Assembly: GCA_050230475.1 (NCBI GenBank)
Contig: JBFLGF010000031.1
Coordinates: forward strand, 62,001-107,063
Reading direction: 5' to 3'
DNA length: 45,063 nucleotides
Source: Ancylonema sp.
Taxonomy: Eukaryota
Both the position numbers and the translations under genes were made by a program. The notes below the pieces were generated by a model. The model was not told the DNA's origin. It made no database searches and saw only the letters and a program-made list of their open reading frames with translations. This document shows positions 1 through 12,338 of the stretch, one piece after another. How positions within the stretch are numbered: the first letter of the stretch is position 1; every line of letters begins with the position of its first letter.

Positions 1-406
1 ATCCAGGGCGTTTTGCTGCTCCAGCACAGTGCGTTCGTTCCATTCCGACCCCTGTCCCCTCCGACTGGGAGTGCACATAAGTCGACCGCTTCCGAACTCT
101 CTGGTAAATTGCACTCTTCACTTGGCGTGTGAAGGACAAGTGCAGTCTATGAATTTTACTACTTGCCAGAGACATCTGTAAAGTTGCAGAATGTTTATCT
201 TGAGCCTGGAAACTCATCGCTTCAGTGTAAGTCAGGAAACGCATGTCGTGTACAGGTGCAACTGGCAAAACATTCATAATCAATGATCACGCTCCGTACG
301 CAGGCATCAGTCTGACGTCACCAGCAGCTATTTGTAGAGGGGCTGCCCCACAAAGGTGGCATCCCGTGAAGGCATCTGCATCTGCAGCCTCCTTTTTCGT
401 TGGCAG
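1..406 (+). CDS. Fragment of a spliced protein-coding gene, product unknown (exons 1-103, 170-226, 304-406)
   Basis: GT donors at 104 (GTAAAT), 227 (GTAAGT) and 407 (GTAAGT); CAG acceptors end at 169 and 303. Phases join into one open frame: IQGVLLLQHSAFVPFRPLSPPTGSAHKSTASELS-ETSVKLQNVYLEPGNSSLQ-CISLTSPAAICRGAAPQRWHPVKASASAASFFVG. No family recognised and no downstream exon found. Confidence 0.5.
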
Positions 407-2811
407 GTAAGTCCCGTGCTCGCGTGCTCTACGTCCGACTGGACGACTATGTGGCAGTGCTCTGGTAACTTAACCCACGCGCGGAGGCAAACGGGCGGCA
501 AATTCGAGGCAGCATTTCGTCAGTGCTGAATCCGTACAGCCTTGAAAACCCGTGCGTAAGATTGAGGCTGCCGGTCATGACGGTTGTATGGTTCTGCGGA
601 TTAAGCAACGCAGAAATCGAAGGCAGAAATCGGGGGCCAACGAAAGTGTCGGGAAAAAATTGTAAGATAAGAATAGTGGCACATATTGACCCGTTTCCGC
701 TATTCTGCGCCGAGCAATTTTATTTACCCTGTCGCGAGCGAACGTGACTGAGCTTGTGGCTTACGTGGAACTCATTGCGCTCCTGTCGCAAATGCCATCA
801 GAAGAGCTCAGCATCTTGATAGTAATCTCCACGCAAGCAATTACGTTGACACCTCGACGTTTATTATGTTACATGCCCATCATATATTTCTGTGTGCGAC
901 AAACATTGTTGGCGAAATTGACGTCAAACCAACATGCCTTGAAAGTATATGGCGTGAAGCAACATAGAAAGTTTTACTAGGTGAAACCAACCTTTTGGTC
1001 GAGCGACATTTACTCACCTTACACCATGCTGCCTACATAGAATCGAAGCGGCCATGTATATTGTTGTTGCAATTTTTTTGTAGCAAGGTGGTCACGGAGA
1101 CCCATGCTATACAGTATTATGTACGCAACCATCCCTTATTTGATGAAGGGATAAATGGATGTAGAGCAATTAGAACAAGAAAAGAGGGAACAAGGGAGAG
1201 TCGTGGTCGTTTATAAAACTCCTTTGCTGCCCTCTATTTAGCGCTAGGGTGCCATCCACACAATCATGCGCTGGATAATGTGAGTTCCGGGCTAAACATT
1301 GTCACATCGACATTGTGATCATTTCACGCTTACCCCCATCGTCATACACGTGAAAAGTAGAATGCCAATAAGAGCCTCCCTTCCATCTTTCCAAAAATCC
1401 ACCTTTTGCCAATCCTCCAATCACAACGCCACGAATATTGAGAGCAAATACTGTGTTCAAGGTCTAGTAACCTAAGCTTTATCATAGAATCCACTCACCC
1501 TGGAGGGACTTGTGCGAGGTAACACAATCCGATGACGCGATCCCCAGCAAAACGTTTTTTCTGCAGGGTGTTGACGGCCCCTCAACATTTGCACCCCTTG
1601 AACCTGAACAACCTCATGGTTCATTTCACTCATTTGTTAATGAACGTGCATAAATGTATGGCTAGAAAGCTAGACAACCTACGAAACAAGAAGCAATGAA
1701 AGTTAGCTCATCATCCACACCACCATCCATCCATCGTCATCTTCATCACCACTTTTGGCTTGTGTGTTGCAAATGTGTTGAGCGGCGCTCCACAAATTAC
1801 CTAGTATTCTTATATTAAGATTGGACGTGGTCTAGTTGGCCTCACCTATGGCAGATCCGAGTGTCCAGGATCTAAAGGCAAAGCCTTAGACAAAGGAGGT
1901 TCTTGAGGAATTGTAGGAGTGGATTTTTTTTATCCACACGCTCGTCATTTCCTGGTTCTCCCATAATTATCGGTGTTCTATTCCCCTCCACGTCAAAAAA
2001 ACAAAAAAACGCACATCGTTGTATTTCATAGTAAGTCAAGAGTGTCGAAACTAAGCTTCTTTCTTCTGTAGCGTGTTCTCGACAATTGCAGCATAACTTT
2101 CTCATGTCTCATGGAAAGTGGTACTATTTTTAAGCCTCCTCCTCTTTGCCGTATACCGAGGATGCATCTCGGTCTTCATGTGAGCGAGCGGCGCATTAAA
2201 CAAGTGCACCAACCTTTCTTCCGCGTTGCTCACATTGTTGTGAATGTTGGTCGTGATCGAATGGACGGAGTCATTCGACCCCACACGGTAGTTTTCGAAT
2301 TTTGAGAGTTTGTGTCGACGATGATTGGAGCACTTTGTGTCGGTGATGAATGGAGCACGCTGACTTGAATGACCCTTTCCATGTCGTCACGTTCTTAGGA
2401 AAGCCCTTGGAAAAACTTGATCTCATGAGGATTCGCAAGGTTCGGTAAGTTGTCCTTTTGGCGCCGGAAATTGAACTTTTTTCCTCGGGAGTTGAGGGGG
2501 ACCTGCGATAATACGACATGGATCCCTGGCAAGAGGGATAGTGGTTCTTTGCGCCAAAAAATATAGTTGGACGATCATGGCATCTATTATAAATAACAAG
2601 ACGATGTAGTCGACATAAACATTCCATCTTTATATACCCCATTCGTTTCCCAAGAGTCTTGGACCCAATACTCTTGGAGTAGACGACACACGCCATGGTC
2701 ATCGCCGCAATTACTGTGCAGATCCAACGTATAACCCCGGAAATACGTCGACACCAAAACCAGATGGTGCGCCAAATTGGCGAACTGAACTTGGCATGAG
2801 CACGACGCCAC

Positions 2812-5800
2812 TGTTAGGACTCTCGCTCTTGTCACTAGAGTTCCCTAGCGAGTGCCCTCACATTAGCGCCCCTAGCCTAGTGTGTTAGGAATGAGTGTAA
2901 TTGTCTATAAAGAATTGTCACTATAGAGTGCTTGTCCTTATATTGAGAGTGCCCTTAGCTTTTCAGTTTATTCCTTAGAGCGAATCTCGACTTCAGTTTG
3001 TTCTTATATCGAAACTCGACTTAACCCACATTCAGTGGGAAGTGTCGTAGCCGACTCTTCACTATATAATTCGACTATTAATTTAGTTTGAGCTATCCTA
3101 TCTACTCATGTATTCTCTGTCCCAGTAATGACCTTCAGCATTGTGTCGTTTTCCCTGTGAGAATGTTTAATTCAAACTAGAACCTTTCCGGTTCTTACAC
3201 TTTGATAGGGATCCAAAATTTGGATTAGTTTACTACTGAGCTTCCCTCTAGTAAATTAGTTCATTCTTGGGTTATTTCCGAACCTTCCGAATTGTTTTTC
3301 CGAGCAAGTCTTCACCTACTAGGATATCCCCCTACTCATACTTCCATTCCAATCATTCATTCATGGACCCCTCTCTGGATCATGCGAATTTCCTTCAAGA
3401 ACAGAGTGCTCATGTTACTGACTCCATCTCTTATTATGACTATTATCACAATTACGATCAAAGTACACAATTGAGGGCGTCCCGCACCGCGTTGCTACAA
3501 CAATGGAATGCTACAATCGACCAGTACGAGGCTTCACTGGCCGGTTCGGCAGCCCTCTCTGTTCCTGCGGCTCTACCTCCTCCTATGGCATCAGCACCTT
3601 CTACAACTACGTCCCCAGCTGTTGTCCAGGCGATTCCTGCAGCTCCGGAGGCTCCAGCCCTTCCTCCTACAACTACTTATAAAACAACACAACCTAGTGT
3701 CCAGGCTCCTCCTACTCCTAAAACTGCTCTAGATGTCCACCACACTACAAGTCTGGTTGTCGTCCACCCAAGATTTCCTGTTCTGGCTCCTGTCTTCCCC
3801 GGTTCCGTCGCAGCTCCCCCTCTAGTCACCCTCCATTCCCGGCTTGCTATCTAGTCCTTGCTTTCCGCCTTGCACTCAGTCCCTCCCCACCCTTACCCTC
3901 CTTTCCCACTCCCTTTTGTGTCTCCCTTGTTCCTACCCGACCTCCGTCTCCCTGTTCCGAACCTGCGCAAACGGGCACCTAGCCTCACCTTTCGACGGCG
4001 TGCATCCGCCGCTCTACACGTTTCCCGATCTCTAGCATCGGTAGTTCCCCTCTATATGTGTGGCCTGCTTCTGTTTCCCGGCTCTGCCACGTCTACCCTT
4101 TGCCTTCTATACGACTCTTCCCACCTCCCTCCTAAACATCCCGACATCTCATCCCTGCAGACACCTCTCCCCAAAAGATGTCCTCCTCTCACCCCCTCCC
4201 GTACCATTTAGACCCCCCCGAGGAATCGAACCTCGACCGCCATGCCCCGGCACGGCGGCTCCCGCGATGGCGTTATCCCTATCTACCCGTCTACCTACCC
4301 TCCATTTCCCTCTTTCCCTTCCGAGCACTATCCCCTCTGCACTTCCTTGTCCCGGTCGTCTCGCATGTCGCGAGTGGCGGCAACAATTCCCATTCCCGTG
4401 CAATTCTACTCCCTACAACCTGCCCTGTTCCCCATGGCGGTCGCACGTGCCAGCCGCCAGGTCCGCAAGGTTTTGCGTGGGATACTGGTCAGGCCTCAGT
4501 GTGGTCTGTCTGTGTCGACGTGGCCCAATCCGTCCCCTTCCATGTCCTAGACCTCATCGTGGCCGTACCTGGAACCTTCTCGAACCTGGTAGCTCGCCCA
4601 TTTCCGTTTCCGAGTTCCTCAAGTTTTTCCAAAAGTTCCCTCCATCATCGCCGTCCACTGTTGTTCATCCGACGGCGCATCCGCCCTCCACGGATTTCAT
4701 ATCTGCCAACCTGGCATCCGCAATCGCACCATCATCCGCTTTTGTCAACGTTGCGCCATCCTATCCTCCACCTGTTTCTGACACATACAGATCGAACGCT
4801 CGCTGCCGTCAGTTTCGGATTTCCAGTTTTTTCGTCCTCTGCATCGAGCCGCCCATCCGACGGCCCTCATTCCCCGCTTCTGCTTTCGCAGGGGCCCGTT
4901 TTTCCCCCCACGACCCTGGGCTCATTATTTTTCTTGTCTTTGAGCCCCGCTATCATTTCTCCCCCGTCGGGAGCCCCGCCTGTCTTGGGCTCAATTTCTT
5001 TTCCGCCCGGAGCCCCGTCCTGTGCCCTTCTCCTTCACGCGTTCCGCGCCTTTGAGGGGGGGGTACTGTTAGGACTCTCGCTCTTGTCACTGAAGTTCCC
5101 AAGCGAGTTGTTAGAAGTGGAAGAGAATGGAAATCCTAGCAATCTATGTAGCAAGTGCACACACAAAGCAATGGCGAAATGAGCCGATAGGATGGAGGCT
5201 AATGAGCCGGTTATCAAATGGTTTGGTTGATATGGTAGGGCCCAACAAGGTGCAAGTACATGAGTTGATAGGAATGCTCTAGAGGCATTCCTATCGGCTA
5301 GATATAGGAAAGTCGGCCCTAGCCGACTCTGGGAACATGTGGGATAACTAAGTACACAACAAAATCTGGCTAGAGGCACTACTGCCATGACTAAGGACAC
5401 AACAGAATACTCCTTAGGGGCCAGGCGGCCGCTAGGGACACAAGTCTCACTATAAAGGGGGAAAACTAATATGCTCTAGTATTGCTCTAGCGCTAAGTGT
5501 GGGGACCTCGCTAGGGAGCCCTAGTGACTGTAGCGAGGGTCCTAACACCCAATTCTTATGAGTGCCCTCACATTAGCGCTCCTAGTCTAGTGTGTTAGGA
5601 GCGAGTGTGATTGTCTATAACGAATTGTCACTATAGAGTATTTGTCCTTCTATCGAGAGTGCCCTTAGCTTTCGAGTTTATTCCTTATAGCGAATCTCGA
5701 CTTCAGTTTGTTCTTATCTCGAAACTCGACTTAACCCACATTCAGTGGGAAGTAACCTAGCCGACTCTTCACTATATAGTTCGACTTCTATTGTAGTTTG

Positions 5801-5866
5801 AGCTATCCTATCAACTCATGTATTCTCTGTCCCAGTAATGACCTTCAACATTGTGTCGTTTTCCTT
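2812..5866 (+). mobile_element. Non-autonomous Ty3/Gypsy (chromovirus-related) LTR element 1
   Basis: 5' LTR 2812-3199 (TGTTAGGAC...CTTACA). PPT GAGGGGGGGG-TAC at 5054-5066. 3' LTR 5067-5108 + ~5564-5866, interrupted by a solo LTR and truncated at a hairpin. Internal region has a gag-like N-terminus from ATG 3363, then pyrimidine-rich low-complexity DNA with no RT, RH or INT motifs. The pre-PPT tail CGCGTTCCGCGCCTT is shared with element 2. Confidence 0.85.
5109..5547 (-). mobile_element. Solo LTR related to element 2, inserted in reverse into the 3' LTR of element 1
   Basis: TG...CA termini. The reverse complement begins TGTTAGGACCCTCGCTACAGTCACTAGGGCTCC, like the LTRs at 6473 and 8605. Probable TSD CGAGT (5104-5108) / TGAGT (5559-5563), with 11 extra bases in between. 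Confidence 0.85.
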
Positions 5867-5868
5867 AT

Positions 5869-5998
5869 GATTTATGGTTATTGATAGATGTAGGAGAAGT
5901 AGTTGAAGTAATAAGTAGTAGTAGTTGTAGGTTCTACTACAACTACTACTACTTATTACTTCAACTACTTCTGCTACATCTATCAATAACCATAAATC
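5869..5998. repeat. 130-bp near-perfect palindrome (62-bp arms, 6-nt loop, 1 mismatch)
   Basis: 5869-5930 is the reverse complement of 5937-5998 except for one G/C position. Confidence 0.95.
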
Positions 5999-6472
5999 GA
6001 CAATCAATCTTACCAACCGTCGGCACAATTGTACGAGGCATAGGGTATTACCAACCTGATGCCGTCACTTTTCAATAATTAACGAGATTATTCCATACAC
6101 GCAAATCTTGTCATTTATCATCGAGTGACAGACGGAGATATTGTCGTAGGGAAAGTTTGCCATTCAATCTTGCACACCAACCACTTACTCACGCCAAAAA
6201 CTTGATAACTGGGTTTTTTGTCCAATTTCTATTTGATGTCAATAGCATACAACTCAAATGACATCATTAATAAACTTGATACTTTTTCATTCATCCATCG
6301 ACATTCAAGTCCATGAAGCCCAGGAAACCCATGGTACCAATAATAATAGTAAAAATAGTAGTTCATGAGCCCGGTGCAAATTCTTGACCGCCACTCCACA
6401 TTTTGACTACCACCACCTACCGGCACCACCTAATGCCCACTCTTTTTACGTAAACCCGTTGAATGCCCTCTA

Positions 6473-9051
6473 TGTTAGGACCCTCGCTACAGCCACTAGG
6501 GCTCCTTAGCGAGGTCTCCACACGTAGCGCTAGAGTGCTACTAGCTCAGTTTCCTCTATAGCGAGTTCTGTCCCTATAGAGTGGGAGTTGTGTCCCTTGC
6601 GGCTGCCTGGCCCCTAGGGAGTATTCTGGTGTGTCCTTAGCTAAGGCATGTGTGCCGTTAGCCAGACTTGATGTGTCCTCATCATATTAGTGTGAGTTAT
6701 CCCACTTGTAGTCATGGTTCAGACTTCAGCCAGTTCCTATATCTAGTCGATAGGAATGGCCTTTAGAGCATATCAACTCATGTATTTCTTGCACCCCTTC
6801 CGATTATTATCACCATTCCCCATCGGCTCATACCATTCTCTCATTCCTTCGGCATTTCGCCATCTTTCCGCTCGGCGCATATTGCAACTTGCTTGCTAGG
6901 GCGTCTTTTGCATCCGTCCCTAACACTTTGATAGGACTTTTTTTGGAGTTTTTTTTAGGGTTTTTCCTGATTCTGAACTTCATTCATCCGCCTCCCTTTT
7001 TTCATCTCCTACTCCTTCTACTATGTCTTCTCCCAATCTAGACGAAGTCATGGCAGCAGTTTTACATCAGATGCAACATTCTCAATATGAAAAATTTCGA
7101 ATTCTGGCGGAAGAAAATAGCAATATTAAAAGCAAATTTTTAGAACTTTCTGAACAATTTACATATGAGTCCAATCTCATGGCTCCTACACGAGCTCCAG
7201 CCGTCTCAGACTACCAGCCTATCTCTATAATAAAAGACCTGGTCCCATCCGATCCTCCTACATTTAATGGGATTTCTAAGTCCTTTATCCTCTCTATCCT
7301 AACTCAGTACCACGACGCACCTATGGCAGGCCACTTCGGCACTGCCCGCACGCACGCGCTGGTGGCGCAGTACTTTCAATGGCCTGGCCTCTCGAAGGTA
7401 GTGGAGCAGTACGTGCGCACGTGCGACATCTGCGCCCGGAACAAGCCGGTGCGCCATGCGCCCTATGGATTGTTGTCCCCTCTACCTATCCCTACCCAGC
7501 CATGGACCAGCGTCTCCCTAGACTGGATAACCGACCTTCCCCCTAGCGACTACCACGACGCAATTCTAGTGGTCGTCGACCGGCTGACGAAGCAGGCCCA
7601 CTTCATCCCCACCACCAAGGCCATGGCGGCTCCCGAGGTCGCAGCGCTTTTCGTGCAGCAAGTGGTGCGCCTGCATGGGTTGCCCAGCAGCCTCATCAAC
7701 GACCGCGATCCCATCTTCACCAGCCACTTTTGGCGCCGGCTGTTGGAGCTACTTGGGGTACGGGCCAACCGATCCTGTGCTTTTCACCCGCAGACGGACG
7801 GGCAGACGGAGCGCCTGAATTCGGTTCTCGAACAATATCTGCGGATCTACACCGATTACCAGCAATCTGATTGGTCCCAACTTCTGCCGCTGGCGGAGTT
7901 TGCTTACAACAACTCCAAGCACTCCGCCACCACCCTCTCCCAGTTCTTTGCCACTACGGCTTCCACCCGCAGATGTCGCTGCTCCCACCCTCCCCAGATT
8001 CCCCCAACCCCGCAGCCGACGATTATGTCAAAACGATCCACGACACCCAAGATTTCCTCCAGTCAGCGCTTCGCAAATCCCAGCGGGCGATGGAAATTTC
8101 GGCCAATCGGAAGCGCAAATCTGCTCCGATATTTTCGCCGGGTCAAAAAGTCTGGCTGTCCCGGCGCCACGTCGGATCCACTCGTCCTTCCTCAAAACTC
8201 GATGTCCGTCGTCTGGGTCCTTTTCCGGTTTTGGGCCAGATCGGCACCTCGTCGTATCGCTTGGAGCTGCCGGCCTTGTGAAAATCCATCCCGTCTTCCA
8301 CGTCAGCCTCCTCGAGCCGACCCTACCAACACATTCCCGGGTCGGGTCGTGGCGCCTCCACCTCCGGTCGTCGTTGTGGACGGTTCGCCACACCATGAGG
8401 TGGCCACGATCCTGGATTCCAAGTTCGTGCGAGAGCTTTTTTACCTCGTCGACTGGGTCGGGTTACGAAATCGGAGCGTTCTTGGGAACCTGCCGACAAC
8501 ATGGGGAAACATGCTGCTGACGCGGTCGCAGATTTCCATGCCACGTTTCCCGCTCGGCCTGCACCACCTCCCTCATCGCGTTCCGCGCCTTGAGGGGGGG
8601 GTACTGTTTGGACCCTCGCTACAGTCACTCGGGCTCCTTAGCGAGGTCCCCACACTTAGCGCTAGAGCGCTAGTAGCTCAGTTTCCTCTATAGCGAGTTC
8701 TGTCCCTATAGAGTGGGAGTTGTGTCCCTAGCGGCCGCCTGGCCCCTAGGGAGTATGCTGATGTGTCCTTAGCTAAGGCAGCTGTGCCGTTAGCCAGACT
8801 TGATGTGTCCTTATCATATTTAGAGTGAGTTATCCCACTTGTAGTCGTGGTTCAGACTTCAGCTAGTTCCTATATCTAGTCGATAGGAATGCCTTTAGAG
8901 CATTCTCAACTTACTTTTGCCTTTTCCGATTATATCACCACCATTTTCCCATCGCCATCGGCATCTCATTCATTCGGCATTTCGCCATCTTTTCCGCTCG
9001 GTGCATATTGCAACTTGCTTGCTAGGGCGTCTTTTGCATCCGTCCCTAACG
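6473..9051 (+). mobile_element. Internally deleted chromovirus (Ty3/Gypsy) LTR element 2
   Basis: LTRs 6473-6925 and 8605-9051; TSD CTCTA/TTCTA; PPT GAGGGGGGGG-TAC before the 3' LTR; integrase and chromodomain inside. Confidence 0.95.
7023..8580 (+). pseudogene. Gag N-terminus fused to integrase-chromodomain (frameshifted)
   Basis: Gag-like start ends at DPPTFNG. Then HHCC (YHDAPMAGHFG...CDIC), D,D35E (VSLDWIT, INDRDPIF, QTERLNSVLE), GPY/F (GPFPVL, after a frameshift near 7950) and a chromodomain (HEVATILDSK...YLVDWVG). No protease, RT or RNase H. Confidence 0.92.
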
Positions 9052-9126
9052 TTCTACCTCCATTACCAATCTGAAATAAATTCTACAAATTATGGCGTTT
9101 GCGCGCTAAACACCCATTAGTCATAG

Positions 9127-9365
9127 TTTCCGTGGTGGCCATGTAATGACCCGGGTTTTCAAAAATAACATATATGTAACTAATGAACCACCATATGACC
9201 CACCCGTGCAGCGAATAGTTTTTTTTCCAAAGTTTTGAATTATATTTATGATTTGTGAACAATATTATAGAATGACCCACTTTTGACAGAAAATGATTTA
9301 TTGAATCTCACCCGATCCACCCTTTTCATAAATATGACGGTCATTATATATGGCGAGTACGGTAT
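9127..9365. mobile_element. Possible degraded Tc1/mariner-type MITE
   Basis: Right end ...CATTATATATGGCGAGTACGGTA is roughly inverted to left end TTTCCGTGGTGGCCATGTAATGACC; AT-rich interior. Confidence 0.35.
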
Positions 9366-9469
9366 TAACAAAAATTGAGAAGATATGCCAAATTTTTATA
9401 TATTATGCAAGACTGAATGAAGAAGACCAATAAGTATGTGTTAAGTACTGAAGACTAGGGTTGTGTAAG

Positions 9470-9960
9470 AGTCCGCAAAAAGACAAAGGCAATTACTCTC
9501 GTGCACGGCTTACATCGCAATCTGGTGATTGGCAAGATTATAAGAGTCCATTAAAATGAAACGGACATTGAGTATGTTGTCAAAGTGTCGGAGATCAACA
9601 TTGCAAGTGAGTGGGTGTTGTTGGCATCCGTTCTGGATTTGTGCGTGAACAAGCCAATCTTGGGTCTAGTTGTGGATGGTCATCGCTACTTCCATCTTCC
9701 CATTCTTTCTCCTCCCCATAAAAAAGAGTCGACTGTCGCCATTTCATTGGAGTTTGTTCGCTCACAACGTCTTAATGATCTTGGCCATACTTTCGTATAA
9801 GCCGGATCATTTGGTGGTGGTTGTTTTGACAAATCAGGCTATTTTATTTGGATCGGTGTCGGCTCTGAAAATAGTCCCATCGTATCGGAGCAGGATTTTG
9901 GGGCGCAAATTTTGAGCAAGGTATCTCCAAGATATCCAATTAGAGCTCATATCATTCAAA
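9470..9960 (+). pseudogene. Decayed intronless trypsin-like serine peptidase (copy 1)
   Basis: Frame reads KAITLVHG (His at 9504-9506)...SEWVLL...GHTFV*AGSFGGGCFDKSGYFIWIGVG...RAHII, with stops. Collinear with the copy at 12339. Confidence 0.6.
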
Positions 9961-10619
9961 TGTCAAACGATTGGAATGTTAATTATCTTATTGAAGGAGG
10001 GGGAGTAAAAAATACTTTGTCAAACTTTCAAAGAAACAAGAAAGGCAAGTTTGGTCTTTGGTTTCCATTCAGTAATGGTTTGGCAAAACATTTTTATGAC
10101 ATTTTTTACCGATAGACTTCAAAAGATTACAATGGAAACAATTCTTTCCGAAGATTTGATCTAGGGGGGGGGGACTAGTAAAAACGTATACAAATTAATG
10201 TTACCCTAAATCGCCGGTCCGATGTTTTTGGCCTCGAAGGATGGACCCCGGTTCGAGATGCGGACTTTCGGACCCGGTTCCGAAAGTTCGGGTAGCTATG
10301 TTCTCTACCCCATTATAAATACACCCTCTCCTTTGTTGCAACCAAAGAGTATCGTGTATTCAGCGCGGATTTGATTTCAATGCTTTACCTAGATTGTTGT
10401 ACCTATCTCTAAACTATAATACACACTATAGAATATGTTCAGAATGTAGTGCCAATATTATGCAATATTAATATAAACAGTGGGTTATTTGAACTGGGAG
10501 CTGACAAATAATAAGTCGAGTGGCTTGCGTACGGGTTTTGAAAAGAAAACTATTATTCAATAAGAAAATTGATGTTCAGTTTTATGTATCCATAATTTAC
10601 ATAATGAGGTATTTAATAA

Positions 10620-11351
10620 AAATAAATTGATCTTGGTTCATTCATGAACATTCACAGCCATGAAGCCACGGAAATCCATGGTATGAATAATGATAGTGAT
10701 GGTAGTAATTTATGAGCCCGTTGCACTTTCTTGAATGGAAACCGTTGAGGTCCACATTGATAGAACCACCTATTGGCCCAACCTAATGCCCCTTCTTGTG
10801 GCGTTTACCTATTTAATGCCCACTACCTCCAATACTGCTGAATTATACGAATACCATCTACAACTTATAGCGTTGACCGGCTGAATATCCACTTCACTGC
10901 CAATTTACCCACTTCCGCACCCACCCACCCACCCACCCACCCACGACCCACCCACTTTACCCTGAATACTCACTTTACTACCCACCCACCCACCCACCTA
11001 CTACCCACCCACTTTACACATTTTACCCGCTTTACCCTCTTTACCCGCTTTACCTACAATATTTTTGAATATTACCAAAAAAATAACTTTTTATGCCGAA
11101 TTTATGTATTTTATCCTAAAAGAACCGATTGGAATGAAATTAGTTATGGCTCCATATATTGTGGACATTTTCATTAGAGTATGCGCTGTATAGTGTATTG
11201 ATCCAATACGAAAAGTCTATCCTCGCAGACATTGATCCCATTTAACTAGCCTAAAACGTTAAAACATCAACCACCATAATATCCAGGATTTGAGCCGGTT
11301 CATCCGAGAGTGTGGCCGTATATATTCGGACGTCCAAAGGAAACAACCTCT
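10620..11351. repeat. Left arm of a ~730-bp inverted duplication
   Basis: Reverse complement of 12591-13334 along its whole length, with scattered substitutions; includes a (CCCA)n tract at ~10915-11010 and the 3' part of a trypsin-like pseudogene on the minus strand. Confidence 0.95.
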
Positions 11352-12338
11352 GATGCATCCGCAATGAAATGATTATGAGCATGACCCAACTCTTCAGAAT
11401 AAGGTTTCATGTCTACCCTCAAAGACAATTCGTACTCAAAGATCATATAAAAACGAGGGTCAAGATGCCTTCCCGGAACTGGAGGTGGCGTTCCGCCGGC
11501 GGGAGGTACGTTTCCCACGCTTGTCATGGAGGCTCCGGAATTGCTTCGATCAGGCGAGGCTACTTCGTCCAAATGGTCTTCGTCAGGTGGTGTATTCTCT
11601 CTACTGAGTCGTCCGTTTGGGTTGCGTGCCCAAGAAGATTGGTTAGTGATGTCTGCTCATTTCTTAAATAGTTGGTCCCGAATCACTTTCTGGAGGCTAA
11701 CGAAATCCAAAGCAAGTCTGCTTCCTCGATGCGCAATGTAACAATCTAAACTAGCGCGATGGGACCGCAAGACAACTTAGAGTACACCACGGAATCGCAA
11801 CACACGCCAATTGCACACAAATGATGAGATGAATATAGTATACTCAGGTTAAGAACAACAACCGGGTACGTTAGCCTCCAAAAAGTAAGGCTAGCAACAA
11901 CATGGATCTAGGGTATACCTAATCGAGCATCCCTAGCAAGCGCAAACAAGTATAGCCGTAACGGACAATTGCAACAGTCCTATTATCTGACATACGCTCT
12001 GTAACTTGTACAACCGCTGCCTATGGCTCTACTGCTGCCAGTTGCAGACGAGGCCTCACTCCTCGCTACTGACATTACACCGACATCCGGTCATCCCTCA
12101 CACCGGCTAGTGCCCTACCCTATCGAATTGCTGAAGTCAAACATCGTTGAAGTAACTCAAGCACACTACTGCACTACGTGGCCTTCTAACCTCCGCCCAC
12201 CTCCCGTCACAAGGTGTACGGCCAACCTCCTACCCTTCCGCTACCCCACCGCACCAGCTATTTCCCAACCCCCCTGGTTACTAGCACCTTAATGGCTCTA
12301 CCATCAATTTAACCGACCCGAGCAGGATCCACCCGACA
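11352..12338 (-). mobile_element. Inverted 5' part (LTR 12338-11737, leader, gag start) of an older Gypsy-like host element
   Basis: On the minus strand TGTCGGG (12338)...TGTTACA (11737) is followed by a leader and a Pro/Ser/acidic gag-like frame. That frame joins the plus-strand gag at 13335 through a shared CATC. The 12338 boundary coincides with the edge of trypsin homology. No second LTR in the window. Confidence 0.6.

Noticed and set aside
1000..2811. Possible decayed coding sequence on the minus strand (viral or transposon relic)
   Set aside because: Short protein-like stretches only; stops in the frames read and no recognisable motif.
4060..5182. 331-aa and 334-aa ORFs
   Set aside because: C/T-rich low-complexity interior of an LTR element; no domain motifs.
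9560..9900. Minus-strand frame that looked like a TGA=Trp (mitochondrial-code) gene
   Set aside because: It is the antisense shadow of the plus-strand trypsin-like frame.
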